Source: Candidatus Sulfomarinibacteraceae bacterium (GTDB lineage: Bacteria > Acidobacteriota > Thermoanaerobaculia > Thermoanaerobaculales > Sulfomarinibacteraceae). From it: a DNA stretch of 64,000 bases. Positions 62,574 to 64,000 of the stretch are shown here, one piece after another. Below the pieces are notes generated by a model. That model was not told the origin of the DNA. It saw only the letters and a program-made list of their open reading frames with translations, and did no database searches. Every line of letters begins with the position of its first letter. Position 1 is the stretch's first letter. The position numbers and the translations under genes are program-made. The stretch is taken from NCBI GenBank assembly GCA_963796455.1, contig CAWCLO010000008.1:32001-96000 (forward strand), given 5' to 3'.

Positions 62574-64000
62574 TCAGAACAGAAGCCGATATATCAACGA
62601 TACGTCCCTGCCCGGCAGCGGCGCCTGGAATTTCAGAAACGATACGTGGTTGTAGGCTGCCTCGTCATTCAGGTTGCGGCCGCGCAGAATGAGTTCGTGC
62701 ACGGTTGCTCCGGCAAAGATTTTGTAACCGAAGGCGGCGTTGAGCATGAAATAGCCCGGGGTCTGCGTTTCGTAATCGGCAACCTTCGTCTGTTCGTCCA
62801 CCCACCATCCTTCGATTCGGGCGTCCCACCGTTGGTCGAGGTAGATCAGCGCCAGGCGTCCACGTCGCGGCGGAATCCGCGGCAGATATTCACCCGTGTC
62901 TTTGAAGTCGGCTTCGACCTGGTCGTAGGAAAAACCGAGGTGAAGGTGTCGGTCGGCGCCGTGTAGGATCTCGAAATGGCCGTGGACTTCGAAGCCCTTG
63001 AACTGGGCATCCTCTTGAGAAAACTGCAGGATTTCGAGACCATCGACCACCTCGCCGGTCTGGTCGAGATAGATGAAGTCGCGGAAGGTGGTGGCGAAGG
63101 CCGAAAGGGTTGCCTCGAAACGGTCATAGGTCGCCCGCAGTGAGAACTCGAGACCGGTGCCGACTTCCGGATCGAGGGTGGGATCGCCGATTTCGTAGGC
63201 GAAGGTGGCGAGGTGGGGGCCGTCGGAATAGAGCTCTTCGGGCGTCGGCGCCCGTTCGGGCCGGTTGACGGTGGCGCCGAGACTCCAGACCTGAGAAATA
63301 TCCCACACCATACCGACCGAGGCCGTCCAGGTTTGAAAATCGCGATCGGGCAGGAGTGGATCGGCCGACCGGGTGTCCTGGTTGTCCCAACGCAGACCGA
63401 ACTGGAAGCCCACCGGATCGACATCGGTCTCCTGGAAGATATAGGCGCCCAGCTTGTCGGTGTCGGTGGGCTGGACAAAGGCCTCATCGCCGAATGCGGC
63501 GAATTCGCGGTTTGCATATTGCAGACCGAGAGTGCCCTCGAAACCGAGAAACGTTTGGTTGACGAAATCCAGACGGGCCTCGGTCCACTCGTTTTGAAAA
63601 ACCGTTCCGATCTGCTCACCCTCGATCTCCGAATGTTGGTAGTCGCGCCATCCGGCCTTGAATCGAAGCTCCGTAAAACCAGCAAAGGGATTGTCGAGGC
63701 GGCTGTGCAGGTCAACGCGCTTTTGCTCGAGTTCAGAGTGAACCCCCGTTTCCCCGTCGTCGTGGTCCGAGGCTTTTTCTTCGTGGTGGTGATGTCCGGG
63801 GATTCCAAAATCGGTGTCGTAGCCGCCGACTGCGATGCCGATGTAACCCCTTTCAGCGACGTAGGAGACACCGACGGTCGAACCCTGAGCCCTGGTCCAA
63901 GAATTCTCGACTGTGCCGGTCTCGAGTTCTTCCTCGTGCCCGTCATGCTGTTCTTCTTCGTTCTGGCTTTCGAGGCGGGGCGCCGGACTCGAGTAGTCGT
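62574..64000 (-). CDS. TonB-dependent receptor, ZnuD-like (5'-partial)
   Basis: Frame open to the window edge; FGIPGHHHH, DYQHSEIEG, RAPTPEELYSDGPH, GRNLNDE, C-terminal Phe. Confidence 0.88.
   Translation of the reverse strand, partial: DYSSPAPRLESQNEEEQHDGHEEELETGTVENSWTRAQGSTVGVSYVAERGYIGIAVGGYDTDFGIPGHHHHEEKASDHDDGETGVHSELEQKRVDLHSRLDNPFAGFTELRFKAGWRDYQHSEIEGEQIGTVFQNEWTEARLDFVNQTFLGFEGTLGLQYANREFAAFGDEAFVQPTDTDKLGAYIFQETDVDPVGFQFGLRWDNQDTRSADPLLPDRDFQTWTASVGMVWDISQVWSLGATVNRPERAPTPEELYSDGPHLATFAYEIGDPTLDPEVGTGLEFSLRATYDRFEATLSAFATTFRDFIYLDQTGEVVDGLEILQFSQEDAQFKGFEVHGHFEILHGADRHLHLGFSYDQVEADFKDTGEYLPRIPPRRGRLALIYLDQRWDARIEGWWVDEQTKVADYETQTPGYFMLNAAFGYKIFAGATVHELILRGRNLNDEAAYNHVSFLKFQAPLPGRDVSLIYRLLF

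Overview
GC-rich bacterial core-chromosome window with about 48 CDS and 2 tRNAs. An Acidobacteriota/Thermoanaerobaculia-like diderm is inferred from gene content only and is not verified. Core genes: dnaG(3' part)-rpoD-tRNA(CAT), yggS, dnaB-mlaE-mlaF-mlaD-radA, aroB, aroC, pheA, ispH, ychF. Also present: a Gld-like ABC operon, two Ser/Thr kinase-TPR receptors, an ECF sigma/anti-sigma pair, an envelope-glycosylation cluster (MsbA-like, two GT39/ArnT-like, FAD oxidoreductase, DUF362) and a partial ZnuD-like TonB receptor. No integrase, transposase, phage or CRISPR was found. Most unusual signal is non-coding: (1) seven copies of a modular MITE-like element with about 16-20 bp imperfect terminal inverted repeats, sitting in or beside heptamer microsatellites and optionally carrying a REP doublet; (2) many unrelated 6-9-mer tandem arrays sharing a G/purine-rich-arm-first polarity; (3) a roughly 280-nt multi-hairpin structure downstream of radA whose mismatches favour folding of the minus strand; (4) a repeated TANNNT-N6-start signature implying widespread leaderless transcripts. 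Protein-level oddities: an M20 hydrolase missing catalytic residues, an elongated MlaD with a beta-barrel-like C-terminus, and an anti-sigma ending in the same D-(F/L)-E...S-x-W tail motif as a nearby secreted protein. At least five genes and one tRNA carry single-base indels that are probably sequencing/assembly errors. All functional calls come from motif recognition without database searches.
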